In this document: positions 19,548 through 29,208 of the stretch, one piece after another | Layout: every line of letters starts with the position of its first letter | Position numbering within the stretch: the stretch's first letter is position 1 | IMG/VR virus record: IMGVR_UViG_3300020045_006301 | Location: 1 to 41,176 of that record | Direction: 5' to 3' (one strand) | Source: a virus | Taxonomy: Duplodnaviria; Caudoviricetes | DNA length: 41,176 nucleotides | Notes under the pieces: model-generated | The model's input: only the letters and a program-made list of their open reading frames with translations | Told to the model about the DNA's origin: nothing | The model's database searches: none | Position numbers and translations under genes: made by a program

Positions 19548-22202
19548 TTAATTAATCTCATATCTCAATATACCAGATAGTATAACCGTTGTATCACTTC
19601 CTGTTAATGCCCTAAAGTCTATATCTACATTAGATACAGTACTGTTTAAAGATGCAGCTGGAGACACTAGAGGTCCAGTAGCACCAAAAGTGCTTCCCGA
19701 AAACACGCAATTTACTCCTGATTTAGCCTGCAAAGAAACTGGTAATGTAAACCTCAATGAACTGGAATTAGTCATCACAGTTAAGTTTACAGACGCTCTA
19801 ATATCTATAGTCACTATTTTACCAACTACGGTATATTTCGCATGTTGGTGTGTTATAGAAGATATATTTGCTGTAGCGGTATACGTAGGTGTGTATGATC
19901 CACTATAATTTAAACCATCATTACCGTTTAACTTCTGAATTGCTTGCAATACTGTATCTGTACTCGCTACTGTTCCGGCTCCTGAAACATATCCTGTTAA
20001 AATGTTAGGTGCACTTTCTTCCCATGCTGACCATGTAGAGCCGCTGTTAATAGAAGATCTTACCGCAACTCGGCTATTCCCACTACCGTATGCAACTTGT
20101 GTTATAAATGTACTAGCTGCTCCTCTTAATACAGAAAAAACTCTAGGAGTAAATACTGGTTTTACTCCTGTTGAGCTTGTAGATATTTGATAAAAACCTT
20201 CTGCAGTCAATACATCTATACTTTCCCCTCCTCCTCCATAAGTAGGTTTTATTAAATTTAAAGCATTTAATTGAGTTTGAATCCCGCTAGTAACACCTTT
20301 TGAGTAAGATAATTCTGTTAAGCTTGGATATGTATCTAACGGTAAAGATTTTAAATTCTTTAAAGCATCAAAACTAGCTATTGTATTCGCTGTCTCCCCA
20401 GATACCACTATAGATGGAGTTGTAAAAGTGCCTGTTGCAGTTGGATTATTTATTGGCAAATACTCTGTATTAGCTGTATAAGAAGACAAGGTAGGAAAAG
20501 TGTATACAGGAGCATCTGCCGATGTAAATGAATCAGCAAAAGTAATAGTTTGTGGTGCATCAGGTGCAAAAACTGATACTATACCACCATAATGATTCCC
20601 TACATTAACCATATGCGCTTCGCCAGGTAAGCTAATTTTAAATGAGTACGTACTTCCATAAGATGTACATCCTCTATTGTACATGTAACTTATTGATCCT
20701 GCTGATGGTTGTATATTAAAATCAATATTTAATGGTACAGCACTATTAAAACATTCAACACCTACATTATATGTAATTGCTCCACCCTGATCTGCTATAT
20801 TTGGTCCATAATTATTGTAATATTTACAATTCAATCTAATAATGTAGGAAGGTCGATGAGTACTACTTCCGTTAACAGATTCAGATATTCCCCTAAGTCC
20901 ATTATTAAATGCTTGGCAATTTATTTCAACGATACTCATATTATTATCATAATCAGACACATAATTAAACCCATCTCTTGAATTACCGTAAGCAACGCAA
21001 TTCTCAAACATTGTAAGTTTATTGTATCTGTTTCTGGAACCTTCTCCTCCATTAGCTATATACGTAGATGATTGAGCATATAGAAATTTACAATTATCGC
21101 TTAAAGCAACTAATGTTGAATTACTACCTTCTACTGAATCAGAACCATGAGACCCACTTGAAAAACCACCACCTATAAATGTAATATCTTTAATATAGTG
21201 ATACCCTGCATTTCCACTATAATCAGCATTAGGTGTACTTGCTGGTATTAATAAATTATCATCTGGCACTCTACCATCTTCTAAGTTAACAGTAATTACG
21301 TTAGCGTTTTTATAAAAAGTACCTAATTCTGCAATACATTCAGCCTGCGTAAAAACTTCTTTTAATTTCAACGGGAAACCATAAGAATCAGAGTATTTTA
21401 AATCTACAGCCAAGGTATTACTTGTAATAGTTGCTGAATAAGCCGTACCTGAAACTAGTGAAAAAGTTGGAAATGTTGCAGGTGCATTTGTTACTATAGA
21501 AACTCCATCAGATGCACCTATTACAAAAAAATCATCTATATTAGTATAAGACGGGTTTAAAGACCCCCAACTACTTAAATGAACTCCTTTTGAAAGGTAT
21601 ATCAATCTTGCTCCAATACTATAAGCGTATGATATAGTTTTAAATGCTGTTGCAGGTGTTTTTCCGTCATTAGTATTATTACCGCTTGTGAAATTTACAT
21701 AGTATGGTAACATCTTACTGATTTTATCACTAACCAGTGATGATACTTTAAAATCAGTATAGTATCGGTTATTCTTTTCGTAAATAGTAAAAGGTCTGAA
21801 TGTGAATAAGTCAGGATATTCTACTTTTACACTAGTGTTATAAATAGGTTCTAAAAATTTTTCAGGAGTTATTTTACCTATAGTACCATCTGTTTCAAAA
21901 GTACTTACATACGATACCGTTGAAGGAATGTTTAGTGCTGTAGGATTTATTTTTAACCCATCATTTAACGTTAAAACACCTGATTTGGCTTCGTTTCCTG
22001 TGGTATGAATGACAGGTAATGCAGATATAGGCAACATTTTTAAAAAACTATCTGAACCGTCAAACATGACAACGCTGTCGTTTACCGATCCTGTAGGCGG
22101 TATTTTTAAAAGCTTCACATAATTAAGCTGATTGTAAGGTGTATATTGAGCGTTTGCCATTGTGATAATGAATAAGCTCAAAAATAATGCAAATTTTTTC
22201 AT
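19548..22202 (-). CDS. Mosaic tailspike/tail fibre with a beta-helix (pectin-lyase-like) domain and an N-terminal Sec signal peptide
   Basis: MKKFALFLSLFIITMANA/Q; YYVN..SGNNTNDGKTPATAFKTI; NCVAYGNSRDGFNY; TELSYSKGVTSGIQTQLN and DTVLQAIQKL fibre motifs; TWSAWE knob. Confidence 0.7.
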   Translation of the reverse strand: MKKFALFLSLFIITMANAQYTPYNQLNYVKLLKIPPTGSVNDSVVMFDGSDSFLKMLPISALPVIHTTGNEAKSGVLTLNDGLKINPTALNIPSTVSYVSTFETDGTIGKITPEKFLEPIYNTSVKVEYPDLFTFRPFTIYEKNNRYYTDFKVSSLVSDKISKMLPYYVNFTSGNNTNDGKTPATAFKTISYAYSIGARLIYLSKGVHLSSWGSLNPSYTNIDDFFVIGASDGVSIVTNAPATFPTFSLVSGTAYSATITSNTLAVDLKYSDSYGFPLKLKEVFTQAECIAELGTFYKNANVITVNLEDGRVPDDNLLIPASTPNADYSGNAGYHYIKDITFIGGGFSSGSHGSDSVEGSNSTLVALSDNCKFLYAQSSTYIANGGEGSRNRYNKLTMFENCVAYGNSRDGFNYVSDYDNNMSIVEINCQAFNNGLRGISESVNGSSTHRPSYIIRLNCKYYNNYGPNIADQGGAITYNVGVECFNSAVPLNIDFNIQPSAGSISYMYNRGCTSYGSTYSFKISLPGEAHMVNVGNHYGGIVSVFAPDAPQTITFADSFTSADAPVYTFPTLSSYTANTEYLPINNPTATGTFTTPSIVVSGETANTIASFDALKNLKSLPLDTYPSLTELSYSKGVTSGIQTQLNALNLIKPTYGGGGESIDVLTAEGFYQISTSSTGVKPVFTPRVFSVLRGAASTFITQVAYGSGNSRVAVRSSINSGSTWSAWEESAPNILTGYVSGAGTVASTDTVLQAIQKLNGNDGLNYSGSYTPTYTATANISSITHQHAKYTVVGKIVTIDIRASVNLTVMTNSSSLRFTLPVSLQAKSGVNCVFSGSTFGATGPLVSPAASLNSTVSNVDIDFRALTGSDTTVILSGILRYEIN

Positions 22203-22239
22203 TTTATTTATTGATTTTAGGTTGTTGAATTTCGTTGTT

Positions 22240-22722
22240 TTAGACTATTGGCAATACCGAAACGCCAGCAGAATAGATTCGTTCGTAGTTATTAATATCT
22301 TGGTCGTCTCCTAGTGAAATATACATCATTGAATCAATCCATTCTCCTGGACCTGTTCCAAATCCTTTACAAATATCGCCAAGTTCTATAATAGTGCCTG
22401 TATTTTTTACACCATTAAAATACCCTTTGTTTTTTATAGTTATTTTATCTGCTTGCGGGATAGCTACATTTTGCTTAAATAAGATATAGTCTTCTTTAGT
22501 TAAATAACCGTCCTGTTCAGTAGTTACAACTTGAATTGTAAATTCATTTGTGAAGTTATTTAGTAACAACGGAGCGACAGCGGTAACAGAAGCAGGGTCG
22601 TTGATTGCAATAGCATTATTAATAGCATACAAAACCTCCCTTAATTTTGCAGGTGTTACTTGATTTGTATTATTGTCAATTATTAACGAATTGATTAAAG
22701 CTTGTATTTCTGCTGGTGTCAT
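22240..22722 (-). CDS. Fibre-associated/baseplate accessory protein
   Basis: IIDNNTNQVTPAKLREVL and DGYLTKED motifs; position in the baseplate module. Confidence 0.5.
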   Translation of the reverse strand: MTPAEIQALINSLIIDNNTNQVTPAKLREVLYAINNAIAINDPASVTAVAPLLLNNFTNEFTIQVVTTEQDGYLTKEDYILFKQNVAIPQADKITIKNKGYFNGVKNTGTIIELGDICKGFGTGPGEWIDSMMYISLGDDQDINNYERIYSAGVSVLPIV

Positions 22723-22731
22723 ATCTTAAAT

Positions 22732-23166
22732 TTAAGAGAATCCAAAATCGAATCCGTTACTAAATGCTCTACCCATAACTGATGAATTAATCTGTTTTTG
22801 TCTATCAATGAAGAATAAAATTTGTGTGATTTCTCCGCTTTCTAACAATTCGGCAGTTAATTCAAAATCAATCTTACTTCCTGTTATGTTATAAGTTAAT
22901 TCTTTTATTCTAACACGTGGCTCCCATTTACCAATAGAGTCAATTATTTCAGCCGAAATATTAGCCACGGCTGTATTTACGGGATTGTCTATAAATTGCC
23001 AAATATCAGAACCGAATAATAAACGCATTGGATCACTCCCTTTGGTTGTAGTTAAAATAGTTCCGATACATTGCCGAATATCATCAATACCTTCGACAAC
23101 TTGCCCAATTGTTTGATTAGACAGTTGCCAGTTGGTCGCTTTTATATCTTCTAATTTTGTAGCCAT
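22732..23166 (-). CDS. Baseplate wedge protein GPW/gp25
   Basis: IRQCIGTILTTTKGSDPMRLLFGS, KWEPRV; start reassigned to MATKL. Confidence 0.85.
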   Translation of the reverse strand: MATKLEDIKATNWQLSNQTIGQVVEGIDDIRQCIGTILTTTKGSDPMRLLFGSDIWQFIDNPVNTAVANISAEIIDSIGKWEPRVRIKELTYNITGSKIDFELTAELLESGEITQILFFIDRQKQINSSVMGRAFSNGFDFGFS

Positions 23167-23167
23167 C

Positions 23168-23848
23168 TTATGGTATTGGTGTTCCAGAAGTTCCACCTCC
23201 TGTTGTTACTCCTATATGCTTGTGTGTTCCAAGTGATATTGTGCCATCGGTAATGGTTGCTCCTTTTATTTGTCCGTCTACTTCAAAATTACCCGAAATC
23301 GCACCGCCTCCTGGAGCCGAAATCGTGCCTCCAACAGTTAAACCGCCTGAAATCGCAACCGCACCGTTTAATTGAATAACGGGAGCTTGAATTTTTGCTA
23401 TTGCCGTGGCTGTAATATTGGCGTTAACGGCATTTATATTTACTTCTGTGTTGCCTGTAATGTTTATTTTAGCATCTGAATTAATGTTTACTTCTGATTC
23501 TCCTTTAATATTGATTTTACCCTTAATATCTAAGGTATATTCGTGTGAATTTCGGTCATATTCAATAACAGAATTATCATCGAATTTTACTCTAAAAATA
23601 CCTTCCCCTGCTCCGTTTGGAGGTGTTTTATCGTTGAATAATGCGCCCAAGATAACACCTTCCTCACTGTGTTCGTCCATTAAGCATGCAACCTGTTCGT
23701 TGATGGAAAACGTATGCGAAAAATTGTCTTTTATAGCTCCAAGTGTCAAGAATGGCAATAAATCAGAGACTATGCCATCATCCATGAATGTCACACGGGC
23801 GTAACCTTTGGCGGGGTCAACTTCTGTTATGTGTCCAAATCTTAGCAT
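23168..23848 (-). CDS. Baseplate assembly/spike protein V
   Basis: OB-fold start, EQVACLMD...GVILGA, FDDNSVIEYD, C-terminal HKH motif. Confidence 0.9.
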   Translation of the reverse strand: MLRFGHITEVDPAKGYARVTFMDDGIVSDLLPFLTLGAIKDNFSHTFSINEQVACLMDEHSEEGVILGALFNDKTPPNGAGEGIFRVKFDDNSVIEYDRNSHEYTLDIKGKINIKGESEVNINSDAKINITGNTEVNINAVNANITATAIAKIQAPVIQLNGAVAISGGLTVGGTISAPGGGAISGNFEVDGQIKGATITDGTISLGTHKHIGVTTGGGTSGTPIP

Positions 23849-23925
23849 TTTGTAAAGATATAAAAAAACCTCAATAAAATTAAATATTGATATTTTTAAA
23901 ATTTAAGATGTTATTTTTTTAGTTT

Positions 23926-24165
23926 TTAATAATTTTCGTCTATTTCACAATTAACTTCAGTCCCTAACTCTTTATATTTTTCATAGAATTTTATCGATTC
24001 TTTTTCCAATCTTTCCGCAAGTTTTTTATTTTCTCGTAGATAAACATCGTTGAACTTTTCATCTTCAAAAGAAAAGCCTTCTTCTCAATGACTTCTGATA
24101 AATTCAGAAGCATTCGATAACCCTTGGTATTTTGCAAGTAATGTTCTTGCTTTCGCTATACTCAT
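23926..24165 (-). pseudogene. 79-codon accessory gene with an internal TGA (24085-24087)
   Basis: MSIAKARTLLAKYQGLSNASEFIRSH*EEGFSFEDEKFNDVYLRENKKLAERLEKESIKFYEKYKELGTEVNCEIDENY; own promoter upstream and hairpin downstream. Confidence 0.6.
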
Positions 24166-24181
24166 AATGTTTAATTTTAAA

Positions 24182-24203
24182 CAAATATAAACATTAAATT
24201 TAA
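24182..24203 (-). promoter_or_regulatory. 22-bp motif, copy 3
   Basis: Exact repeat upstream of the accessory gene. Confidence 0.8.
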
Positions 24204-24213
24204 ATACGAAATA

Positions 24214-25338
24214 TTAATTCTGAATTTTTGTTGGATTTCCATAAGGATATTTATTATCAGGAAATTTAAAATTACGAACTGCAACGTTATTTGATTGCTG
24301 TTTCTTTTTAGGCTTAGTAATTTGCTGTGATTTTTCAGGTAAATTCAAACGTTTAATTTCTAATACCACCGTGTAGCCACTTGACCTGTCAATTTTATGA
24401 GAGCTGGATTTTATATGATATTTACCGGATAATTTACCAAGTCCTGTCAGTTGAAAATTATTGCCTGCAATTGCCAAGGTAGTACCTTGCAATTCAATAC
24501 TACCTTCCATTTGATTACTGGCCGATGTATGCATTATCGCTTTAGCCTTTGCCTCTGCTTGTTGCTTATTCTCGGCTTTCGTATGCGTAACGCCTGAATC
24601 TTGATTTACAGGCGTGTCACTGGAATATCCTTGCTCTTGCTTGTATTTTTCAAAATCCAAGTTGGCTGTTACGGGTTCGTTCTTTTTAGCTGATTTAGAT
24701 TTAACTGAGGCATTTTTTATCATACCATCTGCCTTATCGGTCAATGAATAACCTGAAATTCCAGATTTATCAACTGAAAAACTTGTGTTACGTTTCTCTA
24801 CATCATAAATAGATGTAAATGTGATTATGTTTTCACGTACAGCGAACAAAACACCATACTCCTGAGAAATACGCTTTAAAAAGGCTAAATCAGTTTCTTT
24901 GTTCTGGGTAATTCTGCCAAAAGTAATATCTGGAATAGTTCCTTGAATAGTAAGATTGTTTTTCGAAGCTACTTTTTCCGCAATCTGCTTTAAAGTTTTG
25001 CTTTCGTGAGCATCTGATTTTTTAGTCCTCAATGAATTTACAATACCAGTAGCCATACCCCGAATAGTTACCACGTCTGGTGGTCCTGAAAGTTGTATTT
25101 CGTCAATCTCGAAAACGCCACATTTAAGGTTTTCGATTGTGACAGTTAATTTTGCGCCTTTTTCTGGATACCATGAGTTTTGCCACTTCAAATCCACATC
25201 TTCAACTTCAATTTCTATTTCGTCTGATTCGCCTTCGGTTTTATCGTTGTAAGTAAGTGAAATCATGTGCTTAGAAATATCGGCTGTGATATTTTTATTG
25301 TTATACAGGACGGTAAATTTTGGGATGGATACATTCAT
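24214..25338 (-). CDS. Late control/baseplate hub protein, P2 GpD-like
   Basis: DKTEGESDEIEI, GVFEIDEIQLSGPPD, QNKETDLAFLKRI, LSGKYHI. Confidence 0.9.
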   Translation of the reverse strand: MNVSIPKFTVLYNNKNITADISKHMISLTYNDKTEGESDEIEIEVEDVDLKWQNSWYPEKGAKLTVTIENLKCGVFEIDEIQLSGPPDVVTIRGMATGIVNSLRTKKSDAHESKTLKQIAEKVASKNNLTIQGTIPDITFGRITQNKETDLAFLKRISQEYGVLFAVRENIITFTSIYDVEKRNTSFSVDKSGISGYSLTDKADGMIKNASVKSKSAKKNEPVTANLDFEKYKQEQGYSSDTPVNQDSGVTHTKAENKQQAEAKAKAIMHTSASNQMEGSIELQGTTLAIAGNNFQLTGLGKLSGKYHIKSSSHKIDRSSGYTVVLEIKRLNLPEKSQQITKPKKKQQSNNVAVRNFKFPDNKYPYGNPTKIQN

Positions 25339-25341
25339 TAT

Positions 25342-25524
25342 TTAACAGTGTTTCATGATTCCGTAAATAGTTGTGGCTACAATGCAAATTAAAGCAATAA
25401 TTGCCATTTCTATAGGTAAATCATTTCTAGAAGAGCTATCTCTGTAAATTCTACCATGCGGAGTTATTCCGACAGGTCTTCTGTTTTTTACATTTTTCAT
25501 TACACGTATATTTATCGTTTCCAA
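25342..25524 (-). CDS. Small membrane protein
   Basis: C-terminal TM helix; alternative start at 25500. Confidence 0.45.
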   Translation of the reverse strand: METINIRVMKNVKNRRPVGITPHGRIYRDSSSRNDLPIEMAIIALICIVATTIYGIMKHC

Positions 25525-25733
25525 GGTGGTAATAATTCACTATCAATTTGTATATCTCCCTGTTCCAAAATAGGCACAATAACACGTGTTCCGATTTCTA
25601 AAATAGGCGAAATCACAATGGTTGGGTTTGCTTCAATTAATCCGTTTATAAGCGTTGCATCTCCATAGGCTTTAAACGCTATCGTGTCCCATCTATCGCC
25701 TTGCTTTGCTACGTACTCTACAAAATTAGCCAT
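25512..25733 (-). CDS. Tail protein X (LysM-like)
   Basis: QGDRWDTIAFKAYG, LIEANP, LPPWKR. Confidence 0.9.
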   Translation of the reverse strand: MANFVEYVAKQGDRWDTIAFKAYGDATLINGLIEANPTIVISPILEIGTRVIVPILEQGDIQIDSELLPPWKR

Positions 25734-26590
25734 TATATTCTACGAATTATAGAGTTATTAGAAATATCTAAATTTGTTGAATTCAGATTTACAACTGAAC
25801 CGTTTAACTGTTGATTCAAGATCTTGAAGTCTTCAATGTTCGAAACGGGCAAAACGGCTTTCATGTTCTGAACACGCACATAAACATCATTTAAAGCTGC
25901 TGGCATATCTTCTGCCAAGTCTTGCAACTGTGAAGCGTCTGATAATGTAGATTGAACAGTAGTTATACTGCCTTCAATATCAGTGAGCGACTTGCTTATT
26001 TTACCACTCCAATATTCTGAACGGCTTGGAACTGCTTCGATGTTTGCGGTATAAATACTGGTTACCGTTGCTGATGTTTGAATGTTTGAAATCTCGGTAC
26101 TAACAGTCATTCCCTCCGATAATTTTGCAGGCAAAACAGAACGCACATTTGAATTTCTTTGCGATGTTGCAAAAGCCTGATTTATAGCTTGCAATTCAGC
26201 TTCTCTCAGTGGGTCATCTGAAAAACTTTCCAGTAATTCAATATTTAAAGTGACTTCAATTAAGTTGCCTAACGGATCAGTAAATGAGTTTTCCTGTGAA
26301 AAACTAGGTATTACGAAAAAACCTAAAATACGACCGTTTCCAAGAAGCAACGGCAAAACTTCACGATTCTGCATTGCAAGACGTAATGTTTCAATGTCGG
26401 CTTCTGGGTTCGTAAATTGGGAGTGTAAATACATTCCAAAAGAAATGTAATCTAAATTATCGCCAACGGATTGCAAACGAGGTTTCCCGTTTATCAATTC
26501 GTGTTGCGCATAGTTTACACCACGCTCATGCGAGAAATTAGAGAATCCCTTTAATCCTTCGAAACGTATATTTCCTAGTTGAGCATACAT
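25733..26590 (-). CDS. P2 GpU-like tail protein with a C-terminal helical extension
   Basis: MYAQLGNIRF, YAQHELINGKPRLQSVG, LLLGNG. Confidence 0.8.
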   Translation of the reverse strand: MYAQLGNIRFEGLKGFSNFSHERGVNYAQHELINGKPRLQSVGDNLDYISFGMYLHSQFTNPEADIETLRLAMQNREVLPLLLGNGRILGFFVIPSFSQENSFTDPLGNLIEVTLNIELLESFSDDPLREAELQAINQAFATSQRNSNVRSVLPAKLSEGMTVSTEISNIQTSATVTSIYTANIEAVPSRSEYWSGKISKSLTDIEGSITTVQSTLSDASQLQDLAEDMPAALNDVYVRVQNMKAVLPVSNIEDFKILNQQLNGSVVNLNSTNLDISNNSIIRRI

Positions 26591-26709
26591 TATTTATGAA
26601 ATAGTGATTTATTAACAACCGTTTTTGATAAATCGTGTACTATAATTACAGGTAATCCGATTACGTTTACTCCGATTTGGAAAAATACTGATAGAATTAG
26701 TTTTTTCAT
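26590..26709 (-). CDS. 39-aa hydrophobic peptide
   Basis: MKKLILSVFFQIGVNVIGLPVIIVHD...; start reassigned downstream of the terminator; TAATG overlap with GpU. Confidence 0.4.
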   Translation of the reverse strand: MKKLILSVFFQIGVNVIGLPVIIVHDLSKTVVNKSLFHK

Positions 26710-26747
26710 AAAAATTATTTTTGTAAATGTAATGAAATTTATGATAC

Positions 26748-26775
26748 AAAAAAACCTCCAATTAAGGAGGTTTTT
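26748..26775 (-). terminator. Intrinsic terminator
   Basis: AAAAACCTCC / GGAGGTTTTT. Confidence 0.8.
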
Positions 26776-26803
26776 AAAACCTGTTTTTTTATAAAATCTA
26801 TGA

Positions 26804-27034
26804 TTACTTCTTGTCTGCTTTTCTAAATTCACAAACATATTCTTCTCCTGCTTCAAAGAATCCTAGTGCATCAGGGTTTGTTATGTGCATTTTGACAGTT
26901 GCGTTTGGAGTGTAGATACTGAACGTTTTGTTTTCCTCAGAAGTATTTGTAACTGCTGATAAATTAGCTTCCACATTGTTGTTTCCAAAGTCGGTTACAG
27001 AACCTACTTTAAACTTCGCTTGTAATGTTTTCAT
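26804..27034 (-). CDS. Small conserved phage protein (moron with own promoter and terminator)
   Basis: AKFKV...SEENKTFSIYTP...ITNP...FEAGEEY; TATATTTG at 27061-27068. Confidence 0.7.
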   Translation of the reverse strand: MKTLQAKFKVGSVTDFGNNNVEANLSAVTNTSEENKTFSIYTPNATVKMHITNPDALGFFEAGEEYVCEFRKADKK

Positions 27035-27079
27035 TTCTTAATTTTTTAAATTGTTAGCCTCAAATATACAACTTTTTAT

Positions 27080-28840
27080 TTAATAAGCTAATCTTTGCTT
27101 TCTTTGCATCTGCGCTTCAATTTGTCGTATCAACTCTGGGATTAAATTTTTAACCTGTGTTGCCACGTCCCCAGAACCTCCATTTATTACTGGTGCAAAA
27201 TTAACGGTTACACTTGAATTTCCACCGCCTCCACGACCTGTTGAATTCGGTTTAATTGCGCCTCCCATGTTTTTAGAAGCCCCAACAACTGAAGGAGAAC
27301 CTTTTTCAATTCCTTTTCTCGCTCCTTCTGTAATATTTACTCCGTAATCCATAAATACCTTTGAAGGCGAGGCGATACCCAAAACATATTTAAAAGTATT
27401 AGCTATCTGTTTACCTATTCCTTTTACAAAATTATAAAGAGGTGCTATTTTTGATTTTATACCGTCCCAAATTCCAGAAACTATACTTGACCCGAAATCC
27501 CAAAACTTTTTATAAAGCCCGAAAAAGAATCCAAAATAAGAAGTAAATATAGATTTAACTTTTTCCCAAAGCATGCCGAAAAATCCAGCTATTTTACCCC
27601 AGTTATTATATATGAGTACAGCCGGACTATATCTTAAAAACGTTTTATTCAAGACTTCAAAAAATCTATGAAAAACACCCGCTACATAATTCCACATATT
27701 TACAAAAAACTCTTTAACGGCTCCCCAATTCTTTATGAGTAAATATCCTGCTGCTATAAGCGCAACAACTCCCAAAACTACCCATGTTATAGGATTCGCC
27801 AGAAATGCTAAATTCAACGCAGTAACCACAGCAGTAAGAGTTCCTAATGCTCCAGAACCCGCCAAAGCAGAAAACGCCAAAGCGTTCTGTACAGCTGTCA
27901 CGGTAATCATTAAAGTTCGATAAGCATTCATAACAGCCATACCAGCCGAAATAATTTTAAACACACCTCCAAATGCAAAGGCAACAGCCGACACAGCCAA
28001 ACTCAAAGCCATAGCTCCCGCAGCAGCTTTCAAAATGCCTTCTGTTAAACCTGGATTCTTACTAACCCACACGGAAATTCTATCTATTACAGGCGACACC
28101 TGATTCATTAATTCTTTTAATCTAGGAAGCATTGTAGTTCCTATTTTTGAAGCAGCCATTACTACACCATCACGCAAAGTTGACATCATACCCTTAACGG
28201 ATTTTGATTGTGCCTCAATACCTCCTGCAAATTTTACATTTCCTACGTATTTTAAATACTGCTCAATTTCTTTTGAGTTTTTTCCGACCGTGGTTTTTAC
28301 TCCCTGAAACATGAAGGTTACGTTTTCGCCTTCTGATTTGGCTTTTATACCAAATTCTTTTAAACGCTCAAATTCGCCTGTTGCAGCATCCGCAACCGCT
28401 TCAACCATATCGTTTAACGATTTGCCCATTGCAGAAGCTGTGTTTCCATAGGCAGTCAAAGCTTCCTGAGACGGATCAAGTCCCATGTTTTTAAGCTTAA
28501 TAAATCCAGTCATTACTTCCTCTAAGCCGTAAGGTGTTTGGGAAGCAAATTTATTAATCGCATCGAATGCGGCTTTAGCTTCTTTTTGGTTTCCCTGGAA
28601 AGAGGTTTGTAAAGCAATATTCATACTTTCCATATCTGCCGCAGCCTTCAATGGTAAAGCCAAGGCAGCCCCGATACTCAAACCGATTGCACCCGCTGTT
28701 CTACCTGTCGCAAACGCCCTATCTCCACGCTCTGACATTGCCATAATTTGGCGTTGTCTGGCAGCAGCAGCAGCGATAATCCTTGTAGCTTCGTCTTTGG
28801 CTGTTAAGAGTAATGCAACTTCAAATGTTTTTTTAGCCAT
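27080..28840 (-). CDS. Tail tape measure protein
   Basis: FASQTPYGL, EAVADAATGEFERLKEFG, ANPITWVV, Trp/Phe periodicity, IASPSKVF. Confidence 0.9.
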   Translation of the reverse strand: MAKKTFEVALLLTAKDEATRIIAAAAARQRQIMAMSERGDRAFATGRTAGAIGLSIGAALALPLKAAADMESMNIALQTSFQGNQKEAKAAFDAINKFASQTPYGLEEVMTGFIKLKNMGLDPSQEALTAYGNTASAMGKSLNDMVEAVADAATGEFERLKEFGIKAKSEGENVTFMFQGVKTTVGKNSKEIEQYLKYVGNVKFAGGIEAQSKSVKGMMSTLRDGVVMAASKIGTTMLPRLKELMNQVSPVIDRISVWVSKNPGLTEGILKAAAGAMALSLAVSAVAFAFGGVFKIISAGMAVMNAYRTLMITVTAVQNALAFSALAGSGALGTLTAVVTALNLAFLANPITWVVLGVVALIAAGYLLIKNWGAVKEFFVNMWNYVAGVFHRFFEVLNKTFLRYSPAVLIYNNWGKIAGFFGMLWEKVKSIFTSYFGFFFGLYKKFWDFGSSIVSGIWDGIKSKIAPLYNFVKGIGKQIANTFKYVLGIASPSKVFMDYGVNITEGARKGIEKGSPSVVGASKNMGGAIKPNSTGRGGGGNSSVTVNFAPVINGGSGDVATQVKNLIPELIRQIEAQMQRKQRLAY

Positions 28841-28854
28841 AATATTTTTGTATA

Positions 28855-28876
28855 TTAAATTTAATGTTTATATTTG
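28855..28876 (+). promoter_or_regulatory. 22-bp motif, copy 4 (inverted)
   Basis: Exact repeat upstream of the antisense accessory gene. Confidence 0.8.
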
Positions 28877-28902
28877 CGTATAAATTAATTTATATCGTGA
28901 AT

Positions 28903-29166
28903 ATGAAAAATCATACCAAAAATGTAAAAATTATCCTTGCCGGAAACTCAATTTTTTCTTGTTCTTCAATAATGCCTAAATATGTTTTAGAATCGCTAAA
29001 AATAAAATCACTTATAGATGAAGAAAAGTGTAAGCTAGAACTAATTATAGGTAAGCAAGAAACCAGCTTGCTTTTAGAAAAATTAATAAAAGAGTCTAAA
29101 GAACAGTTAGGCGTGAATTCCGATTATATATTAAATGGACTTATACAAGCGCAATATAAACTATAA
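28903..29166 (+). CDS. Hypothetical accessory gene antisense to the tail operon
   Basis: 87 aa from ATG 28903; fills the gap between the chaperone and tape measure genes. Confidence 0.6.
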   Translation: MKNHTKNVKIILAGNSIFSCSSIMPKYVLESLKIKSLIDEEKCKLELIIGKQETSLLLEKLIKESKEQLGVNSDYILNGLIQAQYKL

Positions 29167-29173
29167 TTTACAT

Positions 29174-29204
29174 AAAAAAAACCGCAACCGTTATCGGTGC
29201 GGTT
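29174..29204 (-). terminator. Intrinsic terminator
   Basis: AACCGCAACCG / CGGTGCGGTT with T-tract on the minus strand. Confidence 0.7.
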
Positions 29205-29208
29205 CATG

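Noticed and set aside
16114-22202. Diversity-generating retroelement or invertible tail-fibre switch
   Set aside because: No reverse transcriptase, invertase, or template/variable repeat pair was noticed by eye.
24085-24087. Genome-wide TGA recoding
   Set aside because: TGA is used as a normal stop elsewhere (40280, 17695, 37451) and long genes are intact under the standard code.
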